Assembly: GCA_964016885.1 (NCBI GenBank)
Contig: OZ024741.1
Span: forward strand, 56,048,001-56,112,000
Source of the DNA: Eledone cirrhosa
Taxonomy: Eukaryota
Direction: 5' to 3'
Length of the DNA stretch: 64,000 bases
The translations under genes were made by a program, and so were the position numbers. Shown here one piece after another: positions 26,564-39,399 of the stretch (positions within the stretch are counted from its first letter, which is position 1; every line of letters starts with the position of its first letter). Under the pieces are notes generated by a model. The model worked only from the letters and a program-made list of their open reading frames with translations, made no database searches and was not told where the DNA came from.

Positions 26564-27196
26564 CAGGAAGACATGATATGAAGGTTAAAAAACACTTGTG
26601 GATAGTGCAGTTTTAAATCAACATATATTGTTTTTGAAATGCGCATAATAAAATACATGGAACTCTTTTAACCATCTTTTGTTCTTATATATTATATATA
26701 TATATATATATATAGTAATAATAAATGTGAAGACTAAAATCCTATGTATATATATATTACCCTTTCATATTTATAATTATATATAACTCATATATAAGTA
26801 TAAATAATATATATTAGCATATATATATATATATATTTTCATAAAGGCTAAAGATTGATGTTGCACACAAGATTAATATGCTACGATTAATCAGTTACCA
26901 TCATGAAACTCTGAGTATGGATGAATACATATGCTTTGTTGCCATGTATTTTAAGCAATGTGTATGTGTAAATATATGTAAACAAGACCGTCAATTGTCT
27001 TAACCTGAACGTAAACAAATAAAGAAGAAACCAGAGCTCTTTCAACAAATTCAAGCTCATAAACTTATGTATCACATCACACACCAGACCCCCTACCACT
27101 AAGGAAAGTAAATCATCGTCAACCATCTAAACCATGTCCCAAATATCCTGGCAAAACAACAATCCACCTTCCGCACACACTCACACATACATGTGT

Positions 27197-27205
<9 letters not shown>

Positions 27206-27229
<24 letters not shown>

Positions 27230-27650
27230 AAAAACAAACAGAGAATGTCTGTCTGTCCCCCTAAAACTCGAGAACCACCCAACCGATTTTTTTCAAACGT
27301 TACACTTGTAATAATTATGGTCGTGTGAGCAAAAAATATTTCAAATTTTCAATGCCCTAGGGACCGCATTAGGCGCCGGTTAGCGATCTCTCTCACTTTC
27401 TTAGTCTGTCTTTTTAGATAGATACATAGCTACAACATCGCGCCCTTATAATCTGTCTGTATGTCTGGCTGTCTGCATTACGCCATTAGGAAAATGCCTT
27501 CACGAACCAAAGTATCGTCTTCCTGTTTTCCTTTGGTTGCAACGTATTTCGAAATATTTACTTCTACGTTCACATATTGATTTTTTTTAGTTTCAGAAGA
27601 TCCCGTTAAGGGTGAAAGCACCGTTTCTTTGCTTAAACTTTAATCTGTTA

Positions 27651-27704
<54 letters not shown>

Positions 27705-28150
27705 TATATTCGTGTAGAGATATTTTTGCATACACAAAAACAAAATATAAACAAACGTATTTATTTCACGAAAGCACAAACGGCTTATCATCATTGTTAC
27801 TGCCAATATGCCACGTAAAAAGTCCCACTACTTTTGGCACAAGGCCAGCAATTACATAGTCAACGGTTCGGAAATCACATGCATCACTGACGAGTTTACT
27901 CCTTACTCTACCAGTTAGTCTTAGTGTACTTTGTCCTGCTTTTAGGTCATGCCTCGAAGGAAGAGATACTCCATTGGCCGAAATACTGCGAAAGCTGCAA
28001 GAAAAAGAACAAGGCGGGCAAACGTGGAATCTGCTATTTGGCGGTCACAAGGCCGAGGTATTCCGTACTTCTCTGTACTGTTTCAGAAAGGAGGGATAAA
28101 CATGCCAATCTATGTTTAGAATCCCGAGCAACGCCGGGCCATTCTGCTAG
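27206..28150 (+). mobile_element. Non-autonomous Helitron-like element with nested insertions
   Basis: 5' TC(TA)n..gtctgtctgtc; 3' hairpin cccgagcaacgccggg followed by CTAG|T at 28147-28151. Confidence 0.65.
27589..27639 (+). ncRNA. Hammerhead-like motif, variant core CAGAAGA
   Basis: agttt-CAGAAGA-tccc gttaa gggt-GAAA-gca ccgtttctt tgc-TT-aaact. Confidence 0.55.
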
Positions 28151-28206
28151 TATATAGTAAAAAAGCGAAGAATAGCATGGTCGGCTGTACAATAGGGTTA
28201 ATTTAA

Positions 28207-28317
28207 AGTATTAACAATTGTTTCATTAGTCCGGTGTGTCTAAAAGTCGCTGATCGTTAGAAGTCACGTCACTCAACTTTAATTACAGTCGATACCCGAC
28301 CAAATCATCAGAATACT
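28207..28317 (-). ncRNA. Type I hammerhead ribozyme motif with long stem II insert
   Basis: Minus strand: agtatt-CTGATGA-tttggtc...gactaat-GAAA-caattg-TT-aatact; palindrome ACAATTGT, GUU site. Confidence 0.72.
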
Positions 28318-30835
28318 GATGTACATATATATATACTGATATACATATATATATATGTATGTATGTAAAAGGTAAACAGAAATAACAACACAATTGGTTC
28401 AGTATATGGTAGGAATATATTAGGTTAACGCTTGTAATAGTAATATATATATAGCATATTACAACAATTTGTTAAATATACATGTACAAAATGAATAAAG
28501 TGGTTGAAGGTTTGCTGGTTTAATTATTTGTATGAGTAGGTTATAAAAGGGATGTTTAAAAACTGCTCTGAATCACTCAACAGTTGGGTTGATTTTCATT
28601 TTATGTCCTACTAAATTTTCTTGGCACTTGGAGAGGAGATGGGCACCACCAAGCTCATTGAAATGCCATGATGGACATAGTCAAACATCTAGAGTGGCAC
28701 CCCAATGACAGACTTCAACAGTTATGAAATCTAGATTGATTATTGATTGTGTGTGTGTATGTGCATATATATAAAAGGTAGAAATGACTTCTATCAAGTC
28801 AAGGACATGCTACCTTTTCTTGTGCTGATAACACAATAAAATGTACCCAGTACACTCTGTAAAGGGGTTGGTGATAGGAAGGGGATCCAACTGTAAAAAT
28901 CACACTTCAGTTGTGTCAGACATGATGATCTTTCTAGTGCTGGTTACATGATAAAATGCACTGATACTCTGTAGAGTGCAAGCTCCTACTAAGTACTGAT
29001 TTGGTCCATGACAACTCATTGAACCTTGCTAGTGAGGAAAATGGTGATGATAATGACTATATATAAAATCAAATTTAGAAATTGATCGTAAATTATTATT
29101 CAAGATTTTTTTTTTGCTGGGAGTAGTCTTCACTGGAAGAACCACTATCTGAAAAACTCAGAGTAAGTATGTTACAGTGAGTTTCTTAGCTTCAACTACA
29201 TTATCTACTCACTCTATTACTAACTTCATATTGTGTACACTCTTCTTTGTTTATAATGGCCATACAAAAATACTACTGATATTACTATTACTACTACTAC
29301 TATTGATACTACTACTACCACTATGTATATATGCATTCCAATCTCTGACCCATAAATGTGTTGTCTCCTCCATCTACCTCTTCCACTGTTACTACAGTGG
29401 TCGCTGCTTCTCTCACACACACATACTTACTACATGCACACACACTCCTTTCTACCCCAACTCACATTTCATTACCCATTCGGTGTCTTCCACCAACACT
29501 AACCATTATGCTCAGTCTGTCTTCCCCAGAACATATTCCCCACCTCTGGAATTCTCTCCTTATGTTTTTTTGTTTGTTTTTTTTTCTTTTTCTGAAACTG
29601 TCATATTGCAGAATATTGACTATATTGATTTTAGTTTTCTTTTTGCCGGATCAGAAAAATACATAGCAACAGTCCCTTCCCTAGAACAAACCATGTGGTT
29701 CTGAGTTCGATGGCCCCACCCCAGCATACTGCAAGGCTACTAGGTGTGAGTATCTTATACTGTAGCCCCAAGTTGACCAATACCTTGTGAGTGGAGTTTA
29801 GTAGACAGAAACTGCATAAGCCTGTTGTTAATGTGTGTGTGTATATATATGTGCATAGATAATGGATGGTGTGTGTATACAGATATAGATATACATACAC
29901 GTGTGTATATATACATCTATACGTATATATGTGTGAGGTCGATTAAAAAAATACCAGTCTAGTACTGGGGTCGATTCTTCCTCTCTATGGAGGAAATCTG
30001 CTGTACTCAGGCCTGAAGAGGGATGGGCTTTGCCAGGCTTAAAATGCCCAAGAAACACTGTCTGTCAATACTGCACTCCCACGACTCTATCAGGAGTTAC
30101 GGGACCATACATACATATATGTATACATATATACATACAAACACGTGTGTGTCTCCAACAGACTGAAACATATTGTTTCTTGTGTTTGGTGGCATCTACA
30201 GCTGTGTGTTTGTGTGTGCATGCGTGTTAGACTGAAACAGAATGCTTTTTATGTCTAGTGGCATGTACAGCTCACCATTATGCTATTTCAAGCCTTACTA
30301 ACATATTCAGAAATAATCAAAACATACCCCTACATCATCACTAATGCAACAAACGTTATAATGTATGTATAACCCTGTCAACACACCCATCCCTGAACTA
30401 GTTGGGATTATTTCAAATGTAAAAGTCTTGTGAAATAGCTTGGAATGTGGTTGTAGTATTGATCAATTTTTGCGGGGTGGAGTGTTGGATAAAATGACAT
30501 TGTAATGTTTTTTCTGGCTCTTTGCATTTTAAATCTCGCCCAGGGCAACTTTACCGTGCACCTTTCCGAGTTTCCGAGGCCAATAAAATAATTTATCATT
30601 GGAGTACTAGGATTTGTTTAATCAACTTTGTCCCCCCCCCCCCCCCCCCCCCCAATCTACTAGTCTTGCGCTCAAATTAGAAATTATAGATTAGATTCCG
30701 AGTGCAAATTCCACTAAGGTCAACTTTGCCTTTCATCCTTCTGGGGTCAATAAAATAATGATGTAATCAACTTTGCTCCCCACCTCATTAAATTTACTGG
30801 CCTTGTGCCTAAATTAGAAAACAGTAATACAAATA

Positions 30836-31083
30836 TTTAGTCCTTTTGTTATATTTCTAATGAAAGACATTGCCTATAGTTTTCAATTAATTTTGAAAAT
30901 AATCAAGAATTTACAACGAAAAGTAAAATAACTCATTATTAAGCTGGTGTTCAGAACATAACAAATGTTCTTACACAAGAATATTATGGAGAGGGGTTAG
31001 ATAAATATATACACTTTAAAACAAACAGTTTTATATTGTAAAAGCAAAGGCAATTTCATGTGGTTTGGTATAAAAAGGGTTAA
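30836..31083. mobile_element. Old piggyBac-like MITE; related pieces at ~25100-25340 and a tandem pair at ~50535-50885
   Basis: Shared atttctaatgaaagacattgcc core; ends aaagggttaa. Confidence 0.45.
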
Positions 31084-31179
31084 TATGAAATGTTGAAGAA
31101 ATGTTTCATTATGAAATAGATTTGTTATGAACCACAAGCATTCTTGTATTTGTCTCTTCTTACTTTAACTCTGTCATCA

Positions 31180-32575
31180 GACCCTGCATATGTGGCACAT
31201 GTATTCGCTGGCATTTGACCTACAATCTTCTTTGTTCTGAATTTGGGGGAAATTTTCACAATCTAGCAGAGCTGTTCTGCTAGAAAAGGGGTTGCAGGTG
31301 GCATATAACAATACGGCCAGCAGATATTCAGATGTGGTATCAGAAATGAATGCACAGGCAAGAGTGGCGATACTCACAAGCGTTCTGTCTGTCAGAATGT
31401 GTTATGGACTGGATCCCATTAGAAAGGGGGATTTGCCTCTTGAAGCTAAAACTGAAAGACAGGTCTCTGTGGGTGGTGCCAGTTTATGCCCCAAACAAAG
31501 AGTCTGAATACAGATCCTTCCTTGGTGGAGTCATATTCTAAAGGGAGACTAAAATGCATATGTTGGCACTGACCACTTGATATGAAAAGAAGTGATTGGA
31601 AAAAATGGTGATCCCAATCTACATATGAATGGAGAGGCCTTAATAGACTTTTGTTCTAGCAATGGCTTCTCTATTATGAACTTCTTCCAGCACAAAGACA
31701 TCCATAAATATACATGGTATCAGGGGAATTGGGGGACAGTGATCAATAGTTGGTTTTGTTATTGTCTCTGATCTCTTTAATTCTGTGCTGGATGTTTGTG
31801 TTGACAGCTGAACTGTCAACTGATCACCATCTAATTATCTGCAACTTGAGACTACCTAAGGCCAAAGAAGCCAACAAATCTGGCAGGTCCAGGTCAATCT
31901 ACAGGATAAAGTGGGAAACCTTAGGGAATAAAGAAATCAGGACCAGATATGTGGATACTATTGCATTCAAATTCAGAGAACAATCTGAGTAAACTTAGGA
32001 CGTTGAAACTGTGGAGATTGTTTAGCTTAGCTGTTGCCATCCAAGCAAAGGAGGCATCTTATAAAGCCTGGCTTAAAAGTAAGTCCTCCTTCTTGCTCTT
32101 GCAGTATAAGCAGGTATGAAAAGGCACAGCAGAGACAGTAAAGGCATCCAAAGTTAAAACATGAGAGGACTCTGGGATTAAGCTGGAATCTGACTTCAGA
32201 TCAGCAAATAAAGTGTTTTGGGAGAGCATCTGCTAACTTTGTAATAAGAAGTCCTCCTCCATGCCTGCTATCAGGAGTGCATAGCTTAAAGATCAGAGAC
32301 TCACACAAGATAGAGCTGCTACTTCTCCAAATTGAAAGATCACAGGAAAGAATTGCTGGACAGATTTTACTGGCAAAACCAACTACCTGGAGAACCAGGG
32401 GTAGACCTTGAGCAAGATGTTTGGATAACATCTATTAGATTGGCTGATCTTGCTTAGGGATCCAGCCTAATCAATTGGAGACAGGTGCACCTGACTGGAC
32501 CCACTGGAAGCTGTGTTTGAGGACTCTGCTCCCAGAACCATCCCAAGAATAAGTGGGTGAAGAAGATGATTGATG
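31180..32575 (+). mobile_element. Old, internally deleted RTE-like LINE remnant; related 3' pieces at ~38950-39320 (+) and ~55380-55620 (-)
   Basis: Degraded endonuclease motifs VYAPN, FFQHKDIHKYTWY, ELSTDHHLIICNL, IKWETL; boundaries approximate. Confidence 0.7.
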
Positions 32576-35500
32576 AACAGTAATTCTTAACATCCTGTAA
32601 TGATTTAGAAGAAATTGTCTAAAAATTAGTTGGTTAATTCAAATGTGTAATAATATCTTTACTACTGGACAGATTGTGAAAATTTGCAGTAACCTAGTGT
32701 AGTGTTGTAGTCATAGTGCTGTTTTATACTTTTCAAGAATGTCTTGCTAATACAGTTTCATGTGGTACAGGCACTTAAAGTTAATTCTATTTCTCTGAAA
32801 ATCTCAGTTGATCAAAGTTTTCTCACTCACAATATGGAGGTGAGTTAGCAGAGGCATTATAATGTAGAACAAAATGTCTTGCTACATTTGTTTCAGTTTT
32901 CTGTACCCCATTGTGTTTGTTTCGGTTCTCTGTGCTCCGACTTCAAATCAAATCAAGGTCAACTTTGTCTTTAATCTTTTTGGGATCAATAGAGAACTAG
33001 TCCAAAGCAGTGGGTTGGTGGTGAAAAATAAAAGCAGTCCACAATTTTCCATCTCCAGGTGGTAGTTTATCATATTATCCCAGCTATTATTATTCTGGTC
33101 ATTTACATTGGGTTGCATACATTTTAAATTTCATAGTTGTAGAAGTAAAAAGTAATGTCAAGATAGGTTGACAGGTCTTCAGTTCAAATTTTCAACAAAT
33201 ATTTCATTGTGTAGTTTTTCTCAACATGTCAGCTCCCAAGCCACATTTCACATGTTGTTCCTTGGTCACATTGATTTAATTTTTATATTTTAAAATGAGT
33301 GCCTTAATTTTCTCTTTTTCTTTTTTTTTATACTATATCATATGTGAGACAAGGATCACAACATAGTGTCCTTTACCCACAATGTACCAATGGATCGTTT
33401 ATAAGATTCCACATGATCCACCTACCCATGGGCCATCCTTAAAATCTTGGCAATATAATAGAACAACCCATCTGATAGTTGTGCAGGTCTCACAGTCATA
33501 CCACCATGACCCTCCAGTAGGTCATGTGGCTCCCACAGTCATACCACCTCAGGTGGGTCATGTGGGTTTCACAGACATACCGCCCCAATCCTCCAGCGAG
33601 TTATGTAGGATCCAACATGTTAAGAGATAATTGAACTGAATGCCCCATAGCTCTCAAAAGGAACAGGTATCACCAGGCCATCTGGGGAATGTTGCTACAG
33701 ATAGACTGGTATTCTACCCAGGGAATGATTTATCTTATACATGTAACAGCATAAAACTGGAGCTTAGCACTGTCTTCTTAAAAAAGATTATCATCATCAT
33801 CATTATCATCTAATGTGTTTTCCCTCTTAGCAATGATTGGAAGGATCTTCACAGACTGAGTCACTGCTCGAGCAGGGTTACCGACATCTCGCTTTCATAA
33901 ATTCTCGCACACTAAGTGCATTTTATCATGATATCAGCACTAGTGAGATTGTTATGTCTTTGACACAACTCTAGAATTCCCCCGCCCCTTTGTTTAGCAG
34001 GTTTTCTATGGATGGATGCTTTTCCTATCAACTACTACTTTACAGCATGTACTGGGTTCATTTATCATGTAGATCACCAACACTAGGGAGATAGTCATGT
34101 CCTTCACAAAACTGATGGGTCCTCTTGACTCTTGTTTGGCAGGCTTTCTACAGCTGTATGCTCTTCCTATCACCAACAACTTTACTGCATATACTAGGTG
34201 GTGTGTTTATCATGTAGGTTATTTTTATATTCAGGTGCTTCTATATTTTTTCATTCTCTGGTATGTTATTTCTTCCTCCTACAGAGTTGTTTAGAACATA
34301 GGAGATAATACCTTGTGGTATTTGTTCCAGCTTTCAGCTCCTAGGGTTCAAATCTCACTGTAGTCTATTTGGGTGGTAAACTTAACCTGTTACTCAGAGT
34401 AGCTCCACCACCACCTAGCCTTAACAGAGTCTGCTCTGTAGCAAACATTCGAAGCAGATCTCCTAGTTGAGGATACCTTCTAACTCTGAGATCCTAAAAA
34501 GGATTATTGAACCCACACGCACACAACCATTCTTTCCAAATTAAATACTGAAAAAAAAAAAAGAGAAATATTTTAAGGTATTTTAGTAAGATTTTGTCTT
34601 TGAGAATATGGTCCTTTTTACCTATTTAAAAAAAAAAACGTTTACTGTATTGACTCTAACCAACACCACCACTGACACAAACAACCACCATCACCAGTGA
34701 CACAGATCACTACCACCGCTACCAGCACCACTACCACCACCACTGACAGACAACTATTAACACCAACATGAGCCACTAACATTACCATCAACTCGTTTCT
34801 TTCCATTATAGTAATCTATCATAATTAACAGGTGCAAAATACAAAACAAAAAACAACAGAGTAAGATGGAATGGTTGGTGACTAGTGTTTCATCTATAGC
34901 TTTTAGGGGAAGAAGGTCTTGTTCTTCAGAGCAGCATGGTGGATAATGAATTCTACCTACCCATCTTTCTCCATCAAAGTGTCATGACCTGTTGTGTTCT
35001 ATTCCATATCATGTGACACCAGCACTACAATACTTCTGCAAACCCTCTGTAAACCAAGCCACCATCCCCACTACCATGGGAGCTTGTTAATTCTAGTGAC
35101 TATTTTAATTACACTTCATTTCTACTGTGATATATTGTTCACATGGTGCATGTGTGTGTGTATATGTATGTATATGTATACATGTAAATATGTATGTATA
35201 TGTAAATATGTATGTATATATACATATGTATGCATATATACATATGTATGCATATGTATGCATATATACATATGTATGCATGTATATATATATATATATA
35301 TATATGTATACATATGTATATATACATATGTATGTATATAGCCATGTATATGTATACATATGTTCACATGGTCGTGTCATGACATTTCATCAAATGACCC
35401 ATTTTATCCCAATACTTTTTATCAAAACTACTTTTGATAGAATTATTTTGTAAATATATTATTTCATAGAATAATTTTTAATATAAAATAAAAATAGAAT

Positions 35501-35695
35501 TCTTGGTGGGACACCAAACACAAATCATAGGACTGTTAAGAAAATGAAAAAAAAAAAAAAATTGCTCTTGAAAATATATTTACAAAATTATTCCATGAAA
35601 AATTTGATTTTGGAGAAAAGTTGCGTTGATGAAAAGTTTTGGTACCTCATGGTGTGTATGTGTGAGATTATATATATATGTATATTTATATATAT

Positions 35696-35727
<32 letters not shown>

Positions 35728-35843
35728 ACATGCATACATACACACATTTTTATATATTTTTTCCCAAGCAGAAAAGTAAAAAACATTTTTTACATCTATT
35801 ATTATTATTATTTTTTTTTATCTCTCCCTTAACTTGTCTTTAG

Positions 35844-35936
35844 ATCACATGGACGATTTGGCACCTTAAAACTGACAGTTATCATTTTGACCCTACTCAG
35901 CCCAACCGGATCGAGAACATACATTTTATATTGCAG
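35844..35936 (+). CDS. Candidate 93-nt in-frame cassette exon
   Basis: tctctcccttaacttgtctttag|...CAG|gtgagt; phase 0-0; open frame ITWTIWHLKTDSYHFDPTQPNRIENIHFILQ; no homology recognised. Confidence 0.5.
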
Positions 35937-36220
35937 GTGAGTGCTGCTGCCGAAGAGCGAAGTCCAAGGGGAGCCGCAGTCAGGCAGTCGATCAATCGAT
36001 TGATCGGTCGGTCGGTCAGTTGGTCACCACTCGGTCAGTCAGTCGGTCGGTCAATCAGTCAATCGATTGATCTCCATTCACCAACCAAAAAAAAAAAAAA
36101 AGTGAAAAAAAAAAAAAACTCCCGACAGCTCTCCCTCTTCCTACACCTCTTTCGGCCTATACCTCTTCCTCCACCTCTCTTGCTACAGGCTTTTGCTTTT
36201 TTTAACTATTCTCACTGCAG

Positions 36221-36253
<33 letters not shown>

Positions 36254-36599
36254 GATGTTGTTGTTGTTGTCTGCTGGTCTCTTGTAAGTGGTGCCATCTA
36301 CCTTGTTGTTGTTGATCATGCTGCTACTGTTCTTGACCTTGTTGCTTCTTGTCTCCTTATTGATGTCGTCATCATTGGTATTGCTATTTTCGTTGTTGTT
36401 GCTGTTGTTGTTGTTGTTGGCAGTTTATCTTTCAGTATTGTTGTTGTTGTTGCTGCTTCTCTTGTTATTTAATTATTTACACTTAGTCATTTATTGGTTT
36501 TTCACCCACGCTTCCTTCTTCATAACTTCCTCTCTATACCCACAGATATCACTGGTATATAATCATTATCATATTTTCCTATCCCTTACATATAGTTAG

Positions 36600-36647
<48 letters not shown>

Positions 36648-39399
36648 TATACACATTTATACCTGTACATATACATATTTGTACTTAAACATGGTGTGTG
36701 TGTGTGTGTGTGTATATACACACACAGATACACACACATACACACACTAAGAATTTGGCTGTTCTAGTTATACACTACAATATTTCTTATATATATATAT
36801 ATACATTTGGTTGTACAAACAGAAGGAGTACTAAATACATGCAATAATTTATTGTATGAAGCTGATAATATACTTGGTTAATACTAACACTAACAGTTAC
36901 TTGCTATGTGTGTTCCATCAAGCAAGGAAGAGATGAGTGCATTCCTCTCTTCATCACCTGAAAGATCATCCAATGTGAGAAACTCTTGAGTAGTGGCAAT
37001 AAATCATTCACTTAAAAAGAAAATGTATGTGTGTGTGTTTTGACATCCCTTTTTTATATTACAACAAAGTTTCTTTAACACATGGTTCATCAGGTAACAT
37101 GGTGTAAGTTTTGTATTACCACATACATATATCCTGATACTATAAATCATTGTTTTGAATTTTTAGATGTCCTTTATCATTGACTGCTGTGTAATGTGGT
37201 GAGGCGATGAGTTGTCATGGGTTGGATATGAGTATTTGTAAATTATTAAAAAGTTTCTGTGAGTGGTTTTGAATAAAGAAGCCAATATAGGAAGGAAAAT
37301 TATACTTATTTTGTAAACATTTCATATATGTAACTAATATTAGGGTTGAAGAGTTATCATTAAAGGAATGTTACTGGCTGTATCATAATCTATGATGTTA
37401 AAAATACTATGTATCATTGATAGATTAGGATTTCATTGATAGGATACCATTATAGTATTTCTTCTTCTTTTAACCCATAAATCCTGATGGAGTTATAAGG
37501 CATTTCTTGGGCATTTAAAAAAATATGATGGAACCCATCTCCTCTCCAGGTCTGAGCACAGTTGAGCTCTCCTAGAGAAAGAGAATAAGAATCAACCCCA
37601 ATACTGGACTAGTACTCTTTTTATTGATCACAAAAGAATGAAAGGCAAAGTTGACCATGGCATGGTTAGCGTGCAGATAGCTGGAATTAATACCAGAAAG
37701 CATTCTATCTGACGCTCTGACTCTTGCCAATTCACCAATTATTTAAGAAAATATTTTAATTATGTGAGCAAGAAGAAATTAACTGTGTTTACTCAGTGTC
37801 TCCTTGTGTTTTAAAATTATATTATTTCTAGTGTACATAAGCTACAGAAATAATTGAATTGTTTATAATATTTAATAACATTTTCTAAAACACACCAACC
37901 AATACTATAGGTTAATTTTTCTTTCTTTTTCAAAAGTCATTTATGTATCACTAAACTTGTATCCCATCTTTTTGTTGTTTTGAATGTACATTTGTGCTGA
38001 CTGTATCTTATTTTTTAAATTGATTTTCTGTCATACTGTTGTAATCTATTCCATTCTGCTTAATGTTAGATGTGACAGTGACTGCATAGATAACTAATTA
38101 ATCAATTCTCTTCTTTAATGTCAGTTCTCTTTTTTTTTTTATTAACAATAATTCTTTTCTTTTACAATAATATATGGATAAAAAAACATAATACAGAATT
38201 CCTTTACTTTAGCATGGAAATCAGAGACTCTGCAGAAATTTCAAATCTAACTCACTGACAAATTGGATTTTATTGTTTATCAAATTCAAAATACAGGATG
38301 TCCCCCAAAAGTGTATGCACACTTCAACAGCGTTCTAAATAAATGTGTGTATACATTTTTGGGTCACACCCTGTATTTTAAATTTGATAAACAATCAAAT
38401 CCAATTTGTCAGTGATGGTATTTATAGAGATGATAATTTATGGCTGAGTGGTTAGAGAATTGGATTCACAATATTGAGGTTGTGAATTTGATTCCTGGAC
38501 CAGGCGATACATCATGTCCTTGAGCAAGAAACTTTATTTTATGTTGCTCCTTCTACCTGGAGTTGCGACCGATAGATAGTACTAGCAACTGGAAAGACTG
38601 ACGAAAACATTGTTTCCTCGGTCCGATTTGACGAAAGTCGATCGATCCTTTTTTCTAATCTCAAAAATTATCAGCAGGTAACAATCATTTAATGATTTAA
38701 ACCTTAATTAAAAAATTTCATGGTGGTCAGTTGACAACTCAGCACAGAATCAAAGAGATAAGAGACAATAACAAAATCAATTATTGATTTCTGTCCCTAA
38801 TTCCCCCTATACCATGTATATTTATGGATGTCTCTGTGCTGGAAAAAGGTGTTCACTGCTAGGACAGAAGTCTATTTTGATTGGGGTTGTCATTCTTTCC
38901 AATGGTCATGAATCTTGGGTAATGACCGAAAGAATATGATCATGATTACAAGTGGCCAAAATGAGGTTCCTCCAAAGGATCTTTGGAGCAATGTACTCAC
39001 TAGAGTGCTTAGCTTGGAGATCAGAGAGTCATTCCAGGTAGACCGCTACTTCTCCAAATTGAGAGATCACAGCTCCGATACTATGGGCATATTACAATGC
39101 CTCAGGAAAGAATCACTGGACAGATTTTATGGGCAAAACCAACCGGCAGGAGACCCAGGGGTAGACCCCAAGCAAGATGGTTGGACAACATCCATAAGCT
39201 TGGTTAGTCTTGCTTAGGGATCTAGTCAATTCAGTTAAAGACGGTTGCTTCTGACAGGGCCTGCTGGAAGGAGTGTTTGAGGACTGCCACCACAACCCTC
39301 TCAGGAATAAGTGAATGAAGAAGAAAAAATTTCAACCATCCCTTAAATCAAATGATTCAATGCCATACCATTGTTGTCATAATCATTATTTAACGTTAA

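Noticed and set aside
27745-27800. Minus-strand ATGATGA...GAAA hammerhead-like string
   Set aside because: C3 is missing and stem I does not pair
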